The notes: a model not told the origin generated them from the letters alone. 52,313 nt of DNA from Candidatus Methanomethylophilaceae archaeon (GCA_017508065.1 JAFVZR010000112.1:1-52313), one strand, 5' to 3'; counted from the stretch's first letter, positions 9,932 through 18,445 are shown. Made by a program: numbers and translations.

Positions 9932-10591
9932 ATGACCCAGCCGTCGCCCGAAGAATATGACCAGATAATCGATTGTACCATTCCGAAATACAGACAGTTG
10001 ATCGATGAATGTCTCGATGTCGTCTCACACTCCGATGTGGATGTGAGGGATTGGGTCGATGTAGGGGCCGGTACCGGAAACATGGTCATGGTCGCCAGGG
10101 AGGTTTTCCCCGATACCAAGTATGTCCTCTTGGATCTTTCCAAGGATATGCTGGCACTTGCTAAGTTCAAGCTCGGTGACGCCAATATGAGATACGTCTG
10201 GGGCAGTTCGGACAACATGGGTATTATGGATTCCAGCGCGGATGTCGTCACCTGTATCCAGTCCAACCACTACTATGATGACGCGGGTCACGCTGATGTT
10301 CTGTCCGAGTGTTACAGGGTCCTTCGTCCCGGAGGAATCCTGATCACCACCGAGAATGTCGGTGCGAGGACCGAATACGGACGTAAGATCCAGAGAGCCA
10401 GATTGAGAGACTTCCTTCTCGCCAACGGACGCAACGAGGCGGATGCGGAGATGTTCCTTGACAGATATGGTGTCGAATACAAACCACGTTCCGTCGATGA
10501 GCATATCAGGCTCCTCGAAGAGGCAGGATTCCACGATGTGGAGGTCTTCTGGATGTCCTCCTCGCAGATCGGACTCAGTGCAACAAGGTGA
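9932..10591 (+). CDS. Class I SAM-dependent methyltransferase
   Basis: SAM-binding motif I 'VDVGAGTGN', followed by 'LLDLS' and 'LRPGGILI', fits the class I fold. Confidence 0.8.
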   Translation: MTQPSPEEYDQIIDCTIPKYRQLIDECLDVVSHSDVDVRDWVDVGAGTGNMVMVAREVFPDTKYVLLDLSKDMLALAKFKLGDANMRYVWGSSDNMGIMDSSADVVTCIQSNHYYDDAGHADVLSECYRVLRPGGILITTENVGARTEYGRKIQRARLRDFLLANGRNEADAEMFLDRYGVEYKPRSVDEHIRLLEEAGFHDVEVFWMSSSQIGLSATR

Positions 10592-10732
10592 ATGGTCGGA
10601 GAATTCCGACCCATTTCCATTCCTTCGGCAATAGCCACATATGTACATTCTTCCCCATTTTAGGGGGTACATTTAAGTTAGGTATCTCCATCCAAAGATG
10701 CACACCTCTCAAGGTGTGTAGTGGGATAGTCC

Positions 10733-12286
10733 ATGGCAGTTACAGTAAAGAGAGCCCTCATCAGTGTGTCTGATAAGACCGGTATCGTAGATTTTGCTAA
10801 AGATTTGACCGCACTCGGTGTCGAGATCATCTCCACCGGCGGAACCTACAAACTTCTGAAAGAGAATGATGTTCCCGTCATCGAGGTCTCGGATGTTACT
10901 GGATTCCCCGAGATGTTGGACGGTCGTGTCAAGACCCTCCACCCCATGATCCACGGTGGACTTCTCGCAAGGAGGGATCTCCCTGAGCACATGAGTGCCA
11001 TTGCGGAGAAAGGAATCGGACCCATCGACATGGTCGTAGTCAACCTCTATCCCTTCAAGCAGACCGTACTCAAGGACGAGAACGATCTTGAGAACATCGT
11101 CGAGAACATCGATATCGGTGGCCCCAGCATGATTCGTGCAGCCGCCAAGAACTACAGGTCCGTCGCAGTCATCACCGCACCCGAGCAGTACGCACCTGTT
11201 CTCGAACAGATGCGTGACGGTGGTCTTCAGGAGCCGCTTCTCGCAAGGCTCATGGCAGAGGCATTCGTCGCGACTGCCAATTACGACAACATGATTGCAC
11301 TCCAGATGAACGGAAGGTTCTGTGAAGGCGGATTCCCCGCATCCTTCCCTGTTCCTACCGAGAAGGTTATGGATCTCAGGTACGGAGAGAATCCCAACCA
11401 GAAGGCCGCATTCTATGCAGATCCTTTCACCAAGGGCCCCACCGTCGCCAAGATGCAGCAGCTTCATGGTAAGGAGCTCTCCTACAACAACATCCTCGAC
11501 ATGGACAAGGCACTCGACATCTGTATGGACTTCGAGAAGCCCACCGCTGTCGTCATGAAGCACACCAACCCTTGCGGATTGGCAAGTGCGGACACCATCC
11601 ACGAGGCATTCGTTACCGCTTACAACGTCGACCCCCTCTCCGCATTCGGTTGTGTCATCTGTCTCAACCGTGTCTGTGAGGCGGACGTCGCCAACGAGGT
11701 CGCACAGCACTTCGTCGAGGTCGTCGTCGCACCCGACTTCACCCCCGAGGCCGTCGAGATCATGACCAAGAAGAAGAACATCCGTCTCATGAAGACCGGA
11801 TGTCCCATCGGACCCTCCGAGCGTGTCAGGGAGTACAAGATGAAGAAGGTCCAGGGAGGACTTCTCGTACAGACCGATGAGGATGTCGTCGTCGACAGGA
11901 ACAAGCTCCAGGTCATCACCAAGAGGGCACCCACCGAGGAAGAGATCGATGCAATGCTCTTCGCATGGAAGCTTGCAAAGCACGTTACTTCCAACTGTGT
12001 CGTCTACGTCAAGGGCGAGCGCGCAGTCGGTATCGGTGCAGGACAGATGAGCCGTGTCGATTCTGCGAAGATCGCGACCATGAAGGCCAACGAACCTACT
12101 CAGGGCTGTGTCATGGCATCCGATGCGTTCTTCCCCTTCAGGGACGGAGTCGACGAGGCCGCAAAGGCAGGTGTCACCGCAATCATCCAGCCCGGAGGAT
12201 CCATCAGGGATCAGGAGGTCATCGATGCTGCCAATGAGCATAACATCGCGATGGTCTTCACCGGCTGCCGTGTCTTCAGGCACTGA
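10733..12286 (+). CDS. purH: Bifunctional AICAR transformylase / IMP cyclohydrolase
   Basis: The N-terminal MGS-like domain shows 'KRALISVSDKTG' and 'STGGT'. The motifs 'KTLHPMIHGG' and, at the C-terminus, 'AIIQPGGSIRD' and 'FTGCRVFRH' are also present. Confidence 0.95.
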   Translation: MAVTVKRALISVSDKTGIVDFAKDLTALGVEIISTGGTYKLLKENDVPVIEVSDVTGFPEMLDGRVKTLHPMIHGGLLARRDLPEHMSAIAEKGIGPIDMVVVNLYPFKQTVLKDENDLENIVENIDIGGPSMIRAAAKNYRSVAVITAPEQYAPVLEQMRDGGLQEPLLARLMAEAFVATANYDNMIALQMNGRFCEGGFPASFPVPTEKVMDLRYGENPNQKAAFYADPFTKGPTVAKMQQLHGKELSYNNILDMDKALDICMDFEKPTAVVMKHTNPCGLASADTIHEAFVTAYNVDPLSAFGCVICLNRVCEADVANEVAQHFVEVVVAPDFTPEAVEIMTKKKNIRLMKTGCPIGPSERVREYKMKKVQGGLLVQTDEDVVVDRNKLQVITKRAPTEEEIDAMLFAWKLAKHVTSNCVVYVKGERAVGIGAGQMSRVDSAKIATMKANEPTQGCVMASDAFFPFRDGVDEAAKAGVTAIIQPGGSIRDQEVIDAANEHNIAMVFTGCRVFRH

Positions 12287-12296
12287 GAAACAATTC

Positions 12297-12319
12297 GCCC
12301 CCGAAAGGGGGCTTTTCTT
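12297..12319. terminator. Hairpin between convergent purH and the HIT gene
   Basis: The sequence is GCCCCC-GAAA-GGGGGC followed by TTTTCTT. Confidence 0.5.
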
Positions 12320-12324
12320 ATCCT

Positions 12325-12813
12325 TCACTCGGAGGTGCTATGTTCACCGATGAGATACTTTACCGATTGGAACTTCCGTTCATCATATACGTATTGTCCA
12401 CGAGGTTTGACGAAGTTCCCGCTACCGCGTTTCTCATAGCTGTAGCGAGGGATCAGTTGGATGTGGTAGTGGTTGTTGGGGCCGTCGCACATGGTGCACA
12501 TGTAGACGCGTTCGCAACCATAGGTATCACGGATGATATTCATCAATCTCTTCGCAAAACGTATCATCTTCTCGTTGAGGCTGTCCGGGGCTTCGCTCAT
12601 ATCGTGATAGTGTTCGACCGATGATATGCATGCGTGACCTTCAGCCCTGGGGTTCCCAACGAAGAAGCATTCGATGTCCTCATCCTTGTAGAATACCTTG
12701 TCTGAGTCATCACCAAAAAGAGCACCGTTGTTCTCACGATTGAAACATGTGGGGCATATGCCCATATCCGTGAGTTCCGCCGGGGACAGTTTCAGAAGTT
12801 CCTTCACATCCAT
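12325..12813 (-). CDS. HIT-superfamily nucleotide hydrolase/transferase (HxHxQ variant)
   Basis: The N-terminal 'CPTC', the central 'GHACISSVEH' and the triad region 'NNHYHIQLIP' fit the HIT fold. The third His of the triad is replaced by Gln. Confidence 0.65.
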   Translation of the reverse strand: MDVKELLKLSPAELTDMGICPTCFNRENNGALFGDDSDKVFYKDEDIECFFVGNPRAEGHACISSVEHYHDMSEAPDSLNEKMIRFAKRLMNIIRDTYGCERVYMCTMCDGPNNHYHIQLIPRYSYEKRGSGNFVKPRGQYVYDERKFQSVKYLIGEHSTSE

Positions 12814-12853
12814 GATACGAAAGTGTGAAAGTGGGGCGAAGCCCCGTTATGTT

Positions 12854-13051
12854 TCAGATCTCGTCCTCAAGGTCGACGGGGATGATCGGTCCGCCCTCGG
12901 CCTTTCTCTTCATGTGTCCACCGGGTCCGCCCCTCTCAATTCTCGCCTTCTCGATGCATTCGGGATCGTCACAGACGAATGCAGCGAAGACAAAGTTGGT
13001 GGAGGTCTTTCCGCAGAATTGACACTCGTAATCGTCGAAGTTAATTGCCAT
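12854..13051 (-). CDS. Small hypothetical protein with a Cys4 zinc-ribbon-like motif and an acidic tail
   Basis: The 65-aa ORF contains 'CQFCGK...CDDPEC'. A hairpin (GGGGC-GAA-GCCCC at 12833-12845) lies downstream. I do not recognise a family. Confidence 0.45.
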   Translation of the reverse strand: MAINFDDYECQFCGKTSTNFVFAAFVCDDPECIEKARIERGGPGGHMKRKAEGGPIIPVDLEDEI

Positions 13052-13128
13052 ATTCCGTAATATTCATCCTAGCGTAAAACCTCTTGTCCCCGACAATCTA
13101 TATCTAGTCTGTACTGAGATGTCTGTTT

Positions 13129-13470
13129 ATGGCAACAGTGGTCGTGAAAGCCAGATTTTGTGATAAGACACATAGGGTCACTGTCAAGATGCGTGATGAC
13201 GGGGACTTGGATCTTATTGTGGATTCCGACTGTGAACATGTTGCATTGTATGGGGAGAACATCGGGCCCGTGATCTCCATGGCCGATGTCACCGATAGGG
13301 AAGGCAGTAGGGTCTTCGATCCAAAGGTGCAGGAACCGCTAACCCTGACCTGTTTGGCTCCGATAGCGATATTGGATGCCGCATGGCTCGAGATGGGCAT
13401 GATGTCCAAGAACAGGGCATTGGAGATCAAGAAGGACGAGATATGTTTCGAGGAGGTATTGAATGACTGA
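13129..13470 (+). CDS. Hypothetical protein (113 aa)
   Basis: This is the first gene of three overlapping ORFs, and its codon usage resembles its neighbours. I do not recognise a family. Confidence 0.5.
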   Translation: MATVVVKARFCDKTHRVTVKMRDDGDLDLIVDSDCEHVALYGENIGPVISMADVTDREGSRVFDPKVQEPLTLTCLAPIAILDAAWLEMGMMSKNRALEIKKDEICFEEVLND

Positions 13471-13645
13471 GGAAAGAGTACAATGCTTGTGGCATGCCGC
13501 GGACGGTCGTTGCGCCAGTTGTAAATCCAAGCGTATCAGATTGGATGTTCTCAAGATCCCTGATTATGAGATGTGCGTCAAGGAACGCGACTATCCCACA
13601 TGTGAGTTCTTCAAGGAGAAGCCCATCGTCCCGGGGAAGAAATGA
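13463..13645 (+). CDS. Small Cys-rich hypothetical protein (60 aa, 6 Cys)
   Basis: It overlaps the upstream ORF by 8 nt and the downstream ORF by 4 nt (ATGA). It contains the motifs 'CLWHAADGRCASC' and 'C...C'. Confidence 0.45.
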   Translation: MTEERVQCLWHAADGRCASCKSKRIRLDVLKIPDYEMCVKERDYPTCEFFKEKPIVPGKK

Positions 13646-14124
13646 CCGATGATATCATGGATTGGCTCGCTGAGCTCGAGTCGGATTTGAGGCAGAAGAA
13701 GGACCGTACGGAATCGTTGGACGATCTCTTTCAGATATCCTTCACGGGTTCTCTGGAGGAGTTGGAGAAGGTCTCTTGGTGTCTCGCGAAGATGGCTCAG
13801 AACAAATCTCAGGACATGAGGGTGTACACCATCCTGATGTCCATGTACGACGTCTCTAACGATGATGTGGTGGAGAACGTGGCCTGGGGTTTGGGTGAGT
13901 TGGCTGGAGTAGGTATCGGGTCCTATGAGGCTCTGAGCGTGCTTAAATCGCTCTTGGATTCCTCTGTGTCCACAGTACGTTCATCTGCTGCCTGGGCGGT
14001 TGGAAGGTATCAGCACCGTCTCCATCTGACAGATCCGGACGCCATATCAAAATTACAATCCTTGTTGGAGGACCCGTCGGAACTGGTAAGGAAATCCGCA
14101 AGATTCGCTATCGATGATGAGTAA
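13642..14124 (+). CDS. HEAT-repeat (PBS-lyase-like) protein
   Basis: The repeats 'VENVAWGLGELAG', 'VRSSAAWAVGRY' and 'VRKSARFAIDD' match the HEAT_PBS pattern. Confidence 0.65.
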   Translation: MTDDIMDWLAELESDLRQKKDRTESLDDLFQISFTGSLEELEKVSWCLAKMAQNKSQDMRVYTILMSMYDVSNDDVVENVAWGLGELAGVGIGSYEALSVLKSLLDSSVSTVRSSAAWAVGRYQHRLHLTDPDAISKLQSLLEDPSELVRKSARFAIDDE

Positions 14125-14178
14125 GTCTAACACGATTTTGAATAGAGTGTTCTAGAAACTCAGTGAGTTGAAGAATAG

Positions 14179-14254
14179 TGGTGGGCCCCCCCAGATTTGA
14201 ACTGGAGTCACATGCACCCCAAGCATGAAGGATACCAAGCTACCCCAAGGGCCC
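14179..14254 (-). tRNA. tRNA-Pro (anticodon GGG), CCA encoded
   Basis: The reverse complement reads GGGCCCT-TG-GGGT...-CATGC-TTGGGGT-GCATG-...-TCCAG-TTCAAAT-CTGGG-GGGGCCC-A-CCA. Confidence 0.9.
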
Positions 14255-14293
14255 TTAAGTTGGCGAATATGTTTTTAGGATAAATAGTTTAGT

Positions 14294-14311
14294 GATGGGC
14301 ATACGCCCATC
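14294..14311 (-). terminator. Hairpin downstream of rpoN
   Basis: GATGGGC-ATAC-GCCCATC lies 5 nt after the rpoN stop. On the minus strand it is followed by the T-rich sequence ACTATTTAT. Confidence 0.4.
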
Positions 14312-14315
14312 TTGA

Positions 14316-14507
14316 TCATCCGAGGGGCGAAATGTCCTCGATGAGGTTTGCGTGGGAAACAATCATCCTGCGACAGCAGTATCTCTCGAGACCGAGGTCG
14401 TCGAGCACTTTCTGGGGATCTTCTCCCATATCGACACGTTTCTTGTATTCAGGGTATGCCGATCCGACAACCTTTCCACATGTGAAACATCTGACAGGTA
14501 TGATCAT
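14316..14507 (-). CDS. rpoN: DNA-directed RNA polymerase subunit N (Rpo10)
   Basis: The sequence '[14 protein letters not shown]...YCCRRM' is the classic RpoN/Rpb10 zinc motif, and the protein is 63 aa. Confidence 0.93.
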   Translation of the reverse strand: MIIPVRCFTCGKVVGSAYPEYKKRVDMGEDPQKVLDDLGLERYCCRRMIVSHANLIEDISPLG

Positions 14508-14517
14508 TTAGTTCACC

Positions 14518-14916
14518 TCACCTGTAGGACTTCTGCTTCTTGGCGCGAGCTCCAGGTCCAAGAGGGTTCTTGGGGAGCTTCCTGCGGTCATCGTTGATGA
14601 TGAGAGTCCTGTCGTAGGCCCTGAACATGCGCTCGAGCTCCTCGTCCTTGTAGAACTCTACAAGTCCGCGGGCGATTGCAGTCCTGATAGCTGCTGCCTG
14701 ACCCATGACTCCTCCACCGTTGACGTTGACGGAGATGTCGACCTTTCCGGCCTTGTCAGATGCGAGCTCCAGAGGCTCCATGATCTTGAGCTTTGCAAGC
14801 TCGGGGGTGTAGATCTCGACGGGGATCTTGTTGATAGTGACCTTTCCGGTACCCTCTTTGACGACTGCCCTTGCGATTGCAGCCTTCCTCTTACCGCTTG
14901 TGTTTACGCACTCCAT
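14518..14916 (-). CDS. rps9: 30S ribosomal protein uS9
   Basis: The N-terminal 'TSGKRKAAIARA' and the C-terminal 'ARAKKQKSYR' are uS9 signatures. The track start at 14928 is a TTG, and the ATG at 14916 lies 6 nt after the L13 stop. Confidence 0.9.
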   Translation of the reverse strand: MECVNTSGKRKAAIARAVVKEGTGKVTINKIPVEIYTPELAKLKIMEPLELASDKAGKVDISVNVNGGGVMGQAAAIRTAIARGLVEFYKDEELERMFRAYDRTLIINDDRRKLPKNPLGPGARAKKQKSYR

Positions 14917-14921
14917 GGAAA

Positions 14922-15350
14922 TCACCAAATCTTAGAACCCAGGAACTTTGCGACTGCGCCCAGGGTTGTGTACTTGCCAGTGATCTTCTTCATTGCCTGC
15001 TCCTCGACAGTGATGTCGAATCCCTCAGTGAACTGCTTGGGGGTTCCGACGTATGCGTGGAGTCTCCTGAATGCATTCCTTCCGGAGGTGGTGGTCCAAG
15101 GAATCATTCCCCTAACGGACCTCTTGAAGAGGAGGTCTGCCCTGCGGGGGTAGAATGGACCCTTCCTGGATTTGCACTCTCCACGGTCGAATCTGGCCTT
15201 GTAGTCTGCAAATACCATCTCTTTCTCTCCGGTGACGATGATGCTCTCACAGTTGAGGACAACAACATCCTCTCCAGCCATGATCTTCTGTGCAACGACA
15301 GTGCCGAGCCTTCCGAGAACGGCGTTCTTTCCATCAATAACTGTAACCAT
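14922..15350 (-). CDS. rpl13: 50S ribosomal protein uL13
   Basis: The segment 'VIDGKNAVLGRLGTVVAQKIMAGEDVVVLNCE' is typical of archaeal L13. The track start at 15359 is a GTG, and an ATG lies at 15350. Confidence 0.9.
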   Translation of the reverse strand: MVTVIDGKNAVLGRLGTVVAQKIMAGEDVVVLNCESIIVTGEKEMVFADYKARFDRGECKSRKGPFYPRRADLLFKRSVRGMIPWTTTSGRNAFRRLHAYVGTPKQFTEGFDITVEEQAMKKITGKYTTLGAVAKFLGSKIW

Positions 15351-15355
15351 CCGAA

Positions 15356-15718
15356 TCACCTCATGATCCTGACCTTGGAACCCTTGGGGTTCTCGGCCAT
15401 CAGGTCCTTAATCGAGACTGCCTTTCCTCCGGCTGCCTTGATTCCCTCTGCAGCTGCCTCAGAGAAGCTGTATGCTGCAACGGTGACCTTCTTTGCGATG
15501 CTTCCGGCTGCGAGCACTTTTCCGGGAATGACGATGACGTCTCCATCCTGTGCGTATCTCTCGAGTTTGCTGAGGTTAGTCTCGGCCCAGTTTCTCCTGG
15601 GCTTCTCAAGACGCTCAGCAATGTCTCGCCAGATTGCAGCTCCTGTGTCCCTCTCTGCTGCCTTGAGATCGTTGATCAAGGCGATGAGGGCCAAGTCTGT
15701 CTTACGAATTGCCTTCAT
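15356..15718 (-). CDS. rpl18e: 50S ribosomal protein eL18 (L18e)
   Basis: The protein starts 'MKAIRKTD...' and continues through 'RRNWAETNLSKLERYAQDGDVIVIPGKVL'. It occupies the first position of the L18e-L13-S9-RpoN operon. The track's 37-codon N-terminal extension was rejected. Confidence 0.85.
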   Translation of the reverse strand: MKAIRKTDLALIALINDLKAAERDTGAAIWRDIAERLEKPRRNWAETNLSKLERYAQDGDVIVIPGKVLAAGSIAKKVTVAAYSFSEAAAEGIKAAGGKAVSIKDLMAENPKGSKVRIMR

Positions 15719-15877
15719 ATTTCTGACTCTCCCGACATTGGGTAAAAGTTGCAATGAGCATTTAGTAGATAAAGCTATGCCACCCTTTATAGGTATATTA
15801 TAAGGAACAGTGTCAAAAGTAATGGCCAAACGTCATATAATAGTGTCACTTAACGAGTCATGTACGGAGTGTATCTT

Positions 15878-16912
15878 ATGATCAGATTCGGACCTGCTGG
15901 TATACCATTGTCTTGTAAAGGACGTACTTTGAAGGACGGGATTGAGGACGTCCACAACATGAGCCTCACTGCTATGGAGGTTCAGCTCGTGCGTGTCAAC
16001 ACCTTCAAGGACTATCCGGAGGAGGACGCCATCGGTCAGACGATCAGGACCATCCAGGATGGTCTGGTTCTTGAGATCATCAGGGACGACTGTGTCATCT
16101 CCGATCCAGACGAGCCGATCGAAGAGGATGATGAGCTCGTTTATCTCAACACCGGAATCGTAGACAATTTCGCAGAGCTTGGTATGCTCGGCGATCTGGC
16201 TAAGAGGCTCGATGTCAGTCTTTCACTTCACACTCCGAACTACATCGATCTCGGAACCAACAGCGATCTCACCCCCGTCTGTCTGAATTACCTCAGGTAT
16301 GCAGGCCAGATTGTAAACGAACTAAACGGTGATGTCGTCGTCACCAGCCTCGGACTCTATGATGGAACATGTTCTTCCGATGAAATCGATGATAATATCG
16401 TGGAGAACCTTGGGGATCTTGTGGATTGGTGGCAGGGAGCAGGTCTCAAACCCAAGATCGGTATCGAGATCACCGGACAGCAGGATGTCTACGGAACTCT
16501 CGATCAGGTTCTCGACCTCTGTGATCTCTTCGGTGATGCTGTCGTGCCCGTTCTCGATTTCCCCCACTATCACTCTCGCGGTTGCGGTTGTCTTGTCGAG
16601 CCCGCTGATTATGTCAATGTAATCGACCAGGTCCTCCCCTATTGTGATGGAAAGTTCTATGCACGTTTCGCGGGTGTCGAGCATGACGGAGAGGGTAATG
16701 AACTCAGGCTCACCCCCATCAAGAAGGGTGACCTCGTATTCGAGAAGCTCGGTGATGCACTTGCAGATATGTGTCCCGATGGAACGATCATTTCCTCTTC
16801 ACCTCTCCTTGAGCACGATGCGATGTACATGAGGATCATCTACGAAAGGATGGTCAATAAGAGGATCGCGAAGGCACTCAGGGCCTCCAAGAAGGCAGCT
16901 GTAGAGGAATGA
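15878..16912 (+). CDS. Xylose-isomerase-like TIM-barrel protein (endonuclease IV / sugar-phosphate isomerase superfamily) with an acidic insertion
   Basis: The N-terminus 'IRFGPAGIPLSCKGRTLKDGIEDVHNMSLTAMEVQLVRV' resembles archaeal EndoIV-like TIM-barrel proteins. An alternative ATG lies at 15860. Confidence 0.55.
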   Translation: MIRFGPAGIPLSCKGRTLKDGIEDVHNMSLTAMEVQLVRVNTFKDYPEEDAIGQTIRTIQDGLVLEIIRDDCVISDPDEPIEEDDELVYLNTGIVDNFAELGMLGDLAKRLDVSLSLHTPNYIDLGTNSDLTPVCLNYLRYAGQIVNELNGDVVVTSLGLYDGTCSSDEIDDNIVENLGDLVDWWQGAGLKPKIGIEITGQQDVYGTLDQVLDLCDLFGDAVVPVLDFPHYHSRGCGCLVEPADYVNVIDQVLPYCDGKFYARFAGVEHDGEGNELRLTPIKKGDLVFEKLGDALADMCPDGTIISSSPLLEHDAMYMRIIYERMVNKRIAKALRASKKAAVEE

Positions 16913-16913
16913 G

Positions 16914-17462
16914 ATGGAGAATCGCTATAAGGACACTCTGGACGCGTTGGTCCGTTGCATCCACGAATCTGCCGAATCTATAGATCCAGCATCTCTCAGT
17001 AATCTAGTGGAGCTGATTCTTTCCAAGAAGACCATATTCATCTATGGATCAGGAAGGTCCGGGCTGGTTGGGCAGTACTTCGCGGTCAGATTGGTGCAGC
17101 TGGGTCTTGATGTACATTTCGTCGGTGACATGACCACTCCGATCATTGGGTCCGACGATCTGACCATATTGATCTCCAATACCGGGGAAACGATGTCCGC
17201 CGTACAGACTGCCAACATCGCAAGGCGCATCGGTTCTCATGTCGTCTGTATAACCGCATCCAAGTTCAGTAAGCTGGCTCATGCGTCAAATTCTATGATA
17301 TTGCTTCATACTCCGAAGACCACTGATGGTAACCTCTTGCCTCTCGGTACACTTTTCGAGGATTCTGTCATCCTGATGTTCGATTCCCTGATTCCCGAAT
17401 TGATGAAGAAATTGGGACAGTCTGAAGCGGACATGCGTAAGAAACACGCGATCTGGGTCTGA
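16914..17462 (+). CDS. hxlB: 6-phospho-3-hexuloisomerase (SIS domain)
   Basis: The SIS/PHI pattern is 'IFIYGSGRSGLVGQYFAVRLVQLG...ILISNTGET...ARRIGSHVVCITA'. The gene starts 1 nt after the preceding stop. Confidence 0.8.
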   Translation: MENRYKDTLDALVRCIHESAESIDPASLSNLVELILSKKTIFIYGSGRSGLVGQYFAVRLVQLGLDVHFVGDMTTPIIGSDDLTILISNTGETMSAVQTANIARRIGSHVVCITASKFSKLAHASNSMILLHTPKTTDGNLLPLGTLFEDSVILMFDSLIPELMKKLGQSEADMRKKHAIWV

Positions 17463-17966
17463 TTATTCCATTACGATCATCTGTATCTGTTGCGGCCCAT
17501 CGATGGTGGAATCGAATACCTTCAACTGACGTAGTACTGGGTCTATCACCATAGCAAAACCGATGTGTCCCCCGAACAATCCGTTCTGGGTCTTTATGTC
17601 CGTATCCGACATGAAACATCCGCAACCCAGGTGTGAGTGGTACCATCCGATTATACGGTCACCATTCTTCAACTCATCTATCTCATCGATGAGCTGGGTC
17701 ATATCTGATTGATCGAATCTTACGCTGGTCTCGTCCGCTTCTAATTCGGATGATATCACACCTGTCGCGATAGCATATTCGCCATCATCGTCCTTGTAGA
17801 CCTTTCCGACGATGAGTCCCATGATCTCGGAATCGCGCAACAAACCCTCATCACCGTGGTCCGTTATGACGTCTATGAGGTCGTCACGGATGAAGAACGG
17901 AACTCCACGTACGGAGCGCTTTTTCACTTCTGGCTTATATTCATCCACACTTACAATCCGAGTCAT
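17463..17966 (-). CDS. JAMM/MPN+ metalloisopeptidase (Rpn11-like deubiquitinase / Ubl-processing protease)
   Basis: The full MPN+ motif is present, with 'EIMGLIVG' supplying the Glu and 'GWYHSHLGCGCFMSDTD' supplying HxH-x7-S-xxD. The ATG at 17966 overlaps the E2 stop as ATGA. The track's 56-codon N-terminal extension was rejected. Confidence 0.9.
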   Translation of the reverse strand: MTRIVSVDEYKPEVKKRSVRGVPFFIRDDLIDVITDHGDEGLLRDSEIMGLIVGKVYKDDDGEYAIATGVISSELEADETSVRFDQSDMTQLIDEIDELKNGDRIIGWYHSHLGCGCFMSDTDIKTQNGLFGGHIGFAMVIDPVLRQLKVFDSTIDGPQQIQMIVME

Positions 17967-18445
17967 TGTGTGCCACCGTAATGGATCTCTGCATCGAATT
18001 TGGGCGAATCGTCCGAAAAGTACTTCGCTGCGTCCATACACGATTCCGTACCGAACGGGCTCATTGGGTTGGGGTTGGAGACAAGGATCTCCACGCCTCT
18101 GAGGAACGTGAGCAACGGTGTTCCAAAGTCCCAAGTGTCCAACATCTTGGTGCAGACGTATCCTCCGTCCTCAGGGTCCATGATGTTAGGGTGGAATATC
18201 TTGGATTTCCATCTGACCTCTGGTTTCTGCATACCATACTCTTCAGTGAGTATGATATAGAATTCGTGTTCGGTAGTGGCCTTTCCGGGAGCTTCGTATC
18301 CTACGACCTTGCTCATGTGCATATCTATACGAATGGGGAATTCCGCTCTTTCGGAATCGAATTTAAAATCCGAACCGAGGTACTTTCCGCAATCCCTCAA
18401 TTCCGTTGCGATACGTCTTTTCAGAACTTGTGGTGGGAGCCCCAT
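17963..18445 (-). CDS. Ubiquitin-conjugating enzyme (E2, UBC fold) with canonical HPN...Cys active site
   Basis: 'KPEVRWKSKIFHPNIMDPEDGGYVCTKMLDTWDFGTPLLTFLRGVEILVSNPNPMSPF' parallels UbcH5 '[57 protein letters not shown]'. The catalytic Cys codon is at 18154-18152. The track start at 18451 is a TTG, and an ATG lies at 18445. Confidence 0.85.
   Translation of the reverse strand: MGLPPQVLKRRIATELRDCGKYLGSDFKFDSERAEFPIRIDMHMSKVVGYEAPGKATTEHEFYIILTEEYGMQKPEVRWKSKIFHPNIMDPEDGGYVCTKMLDTWDFGTPLLTFLRGVEILVSNPNPMSPFGTESCMDAAKYFSDDSPKFDAEIHYGGTQ

Noticed and set aside
17967-18134. Upstream extensions of the JAMM ORF to 18134, the Ubl ORF to 18753 and the LarA ORF to 23097.
   Set aside because: The extensions overlap the preceding, well-supported genes in another frame and have no family-like sequence. 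The internal ATGs create classic ATGA/TAATG stop-start overlaps, or, for LarA, give a family-typical N-terminus.
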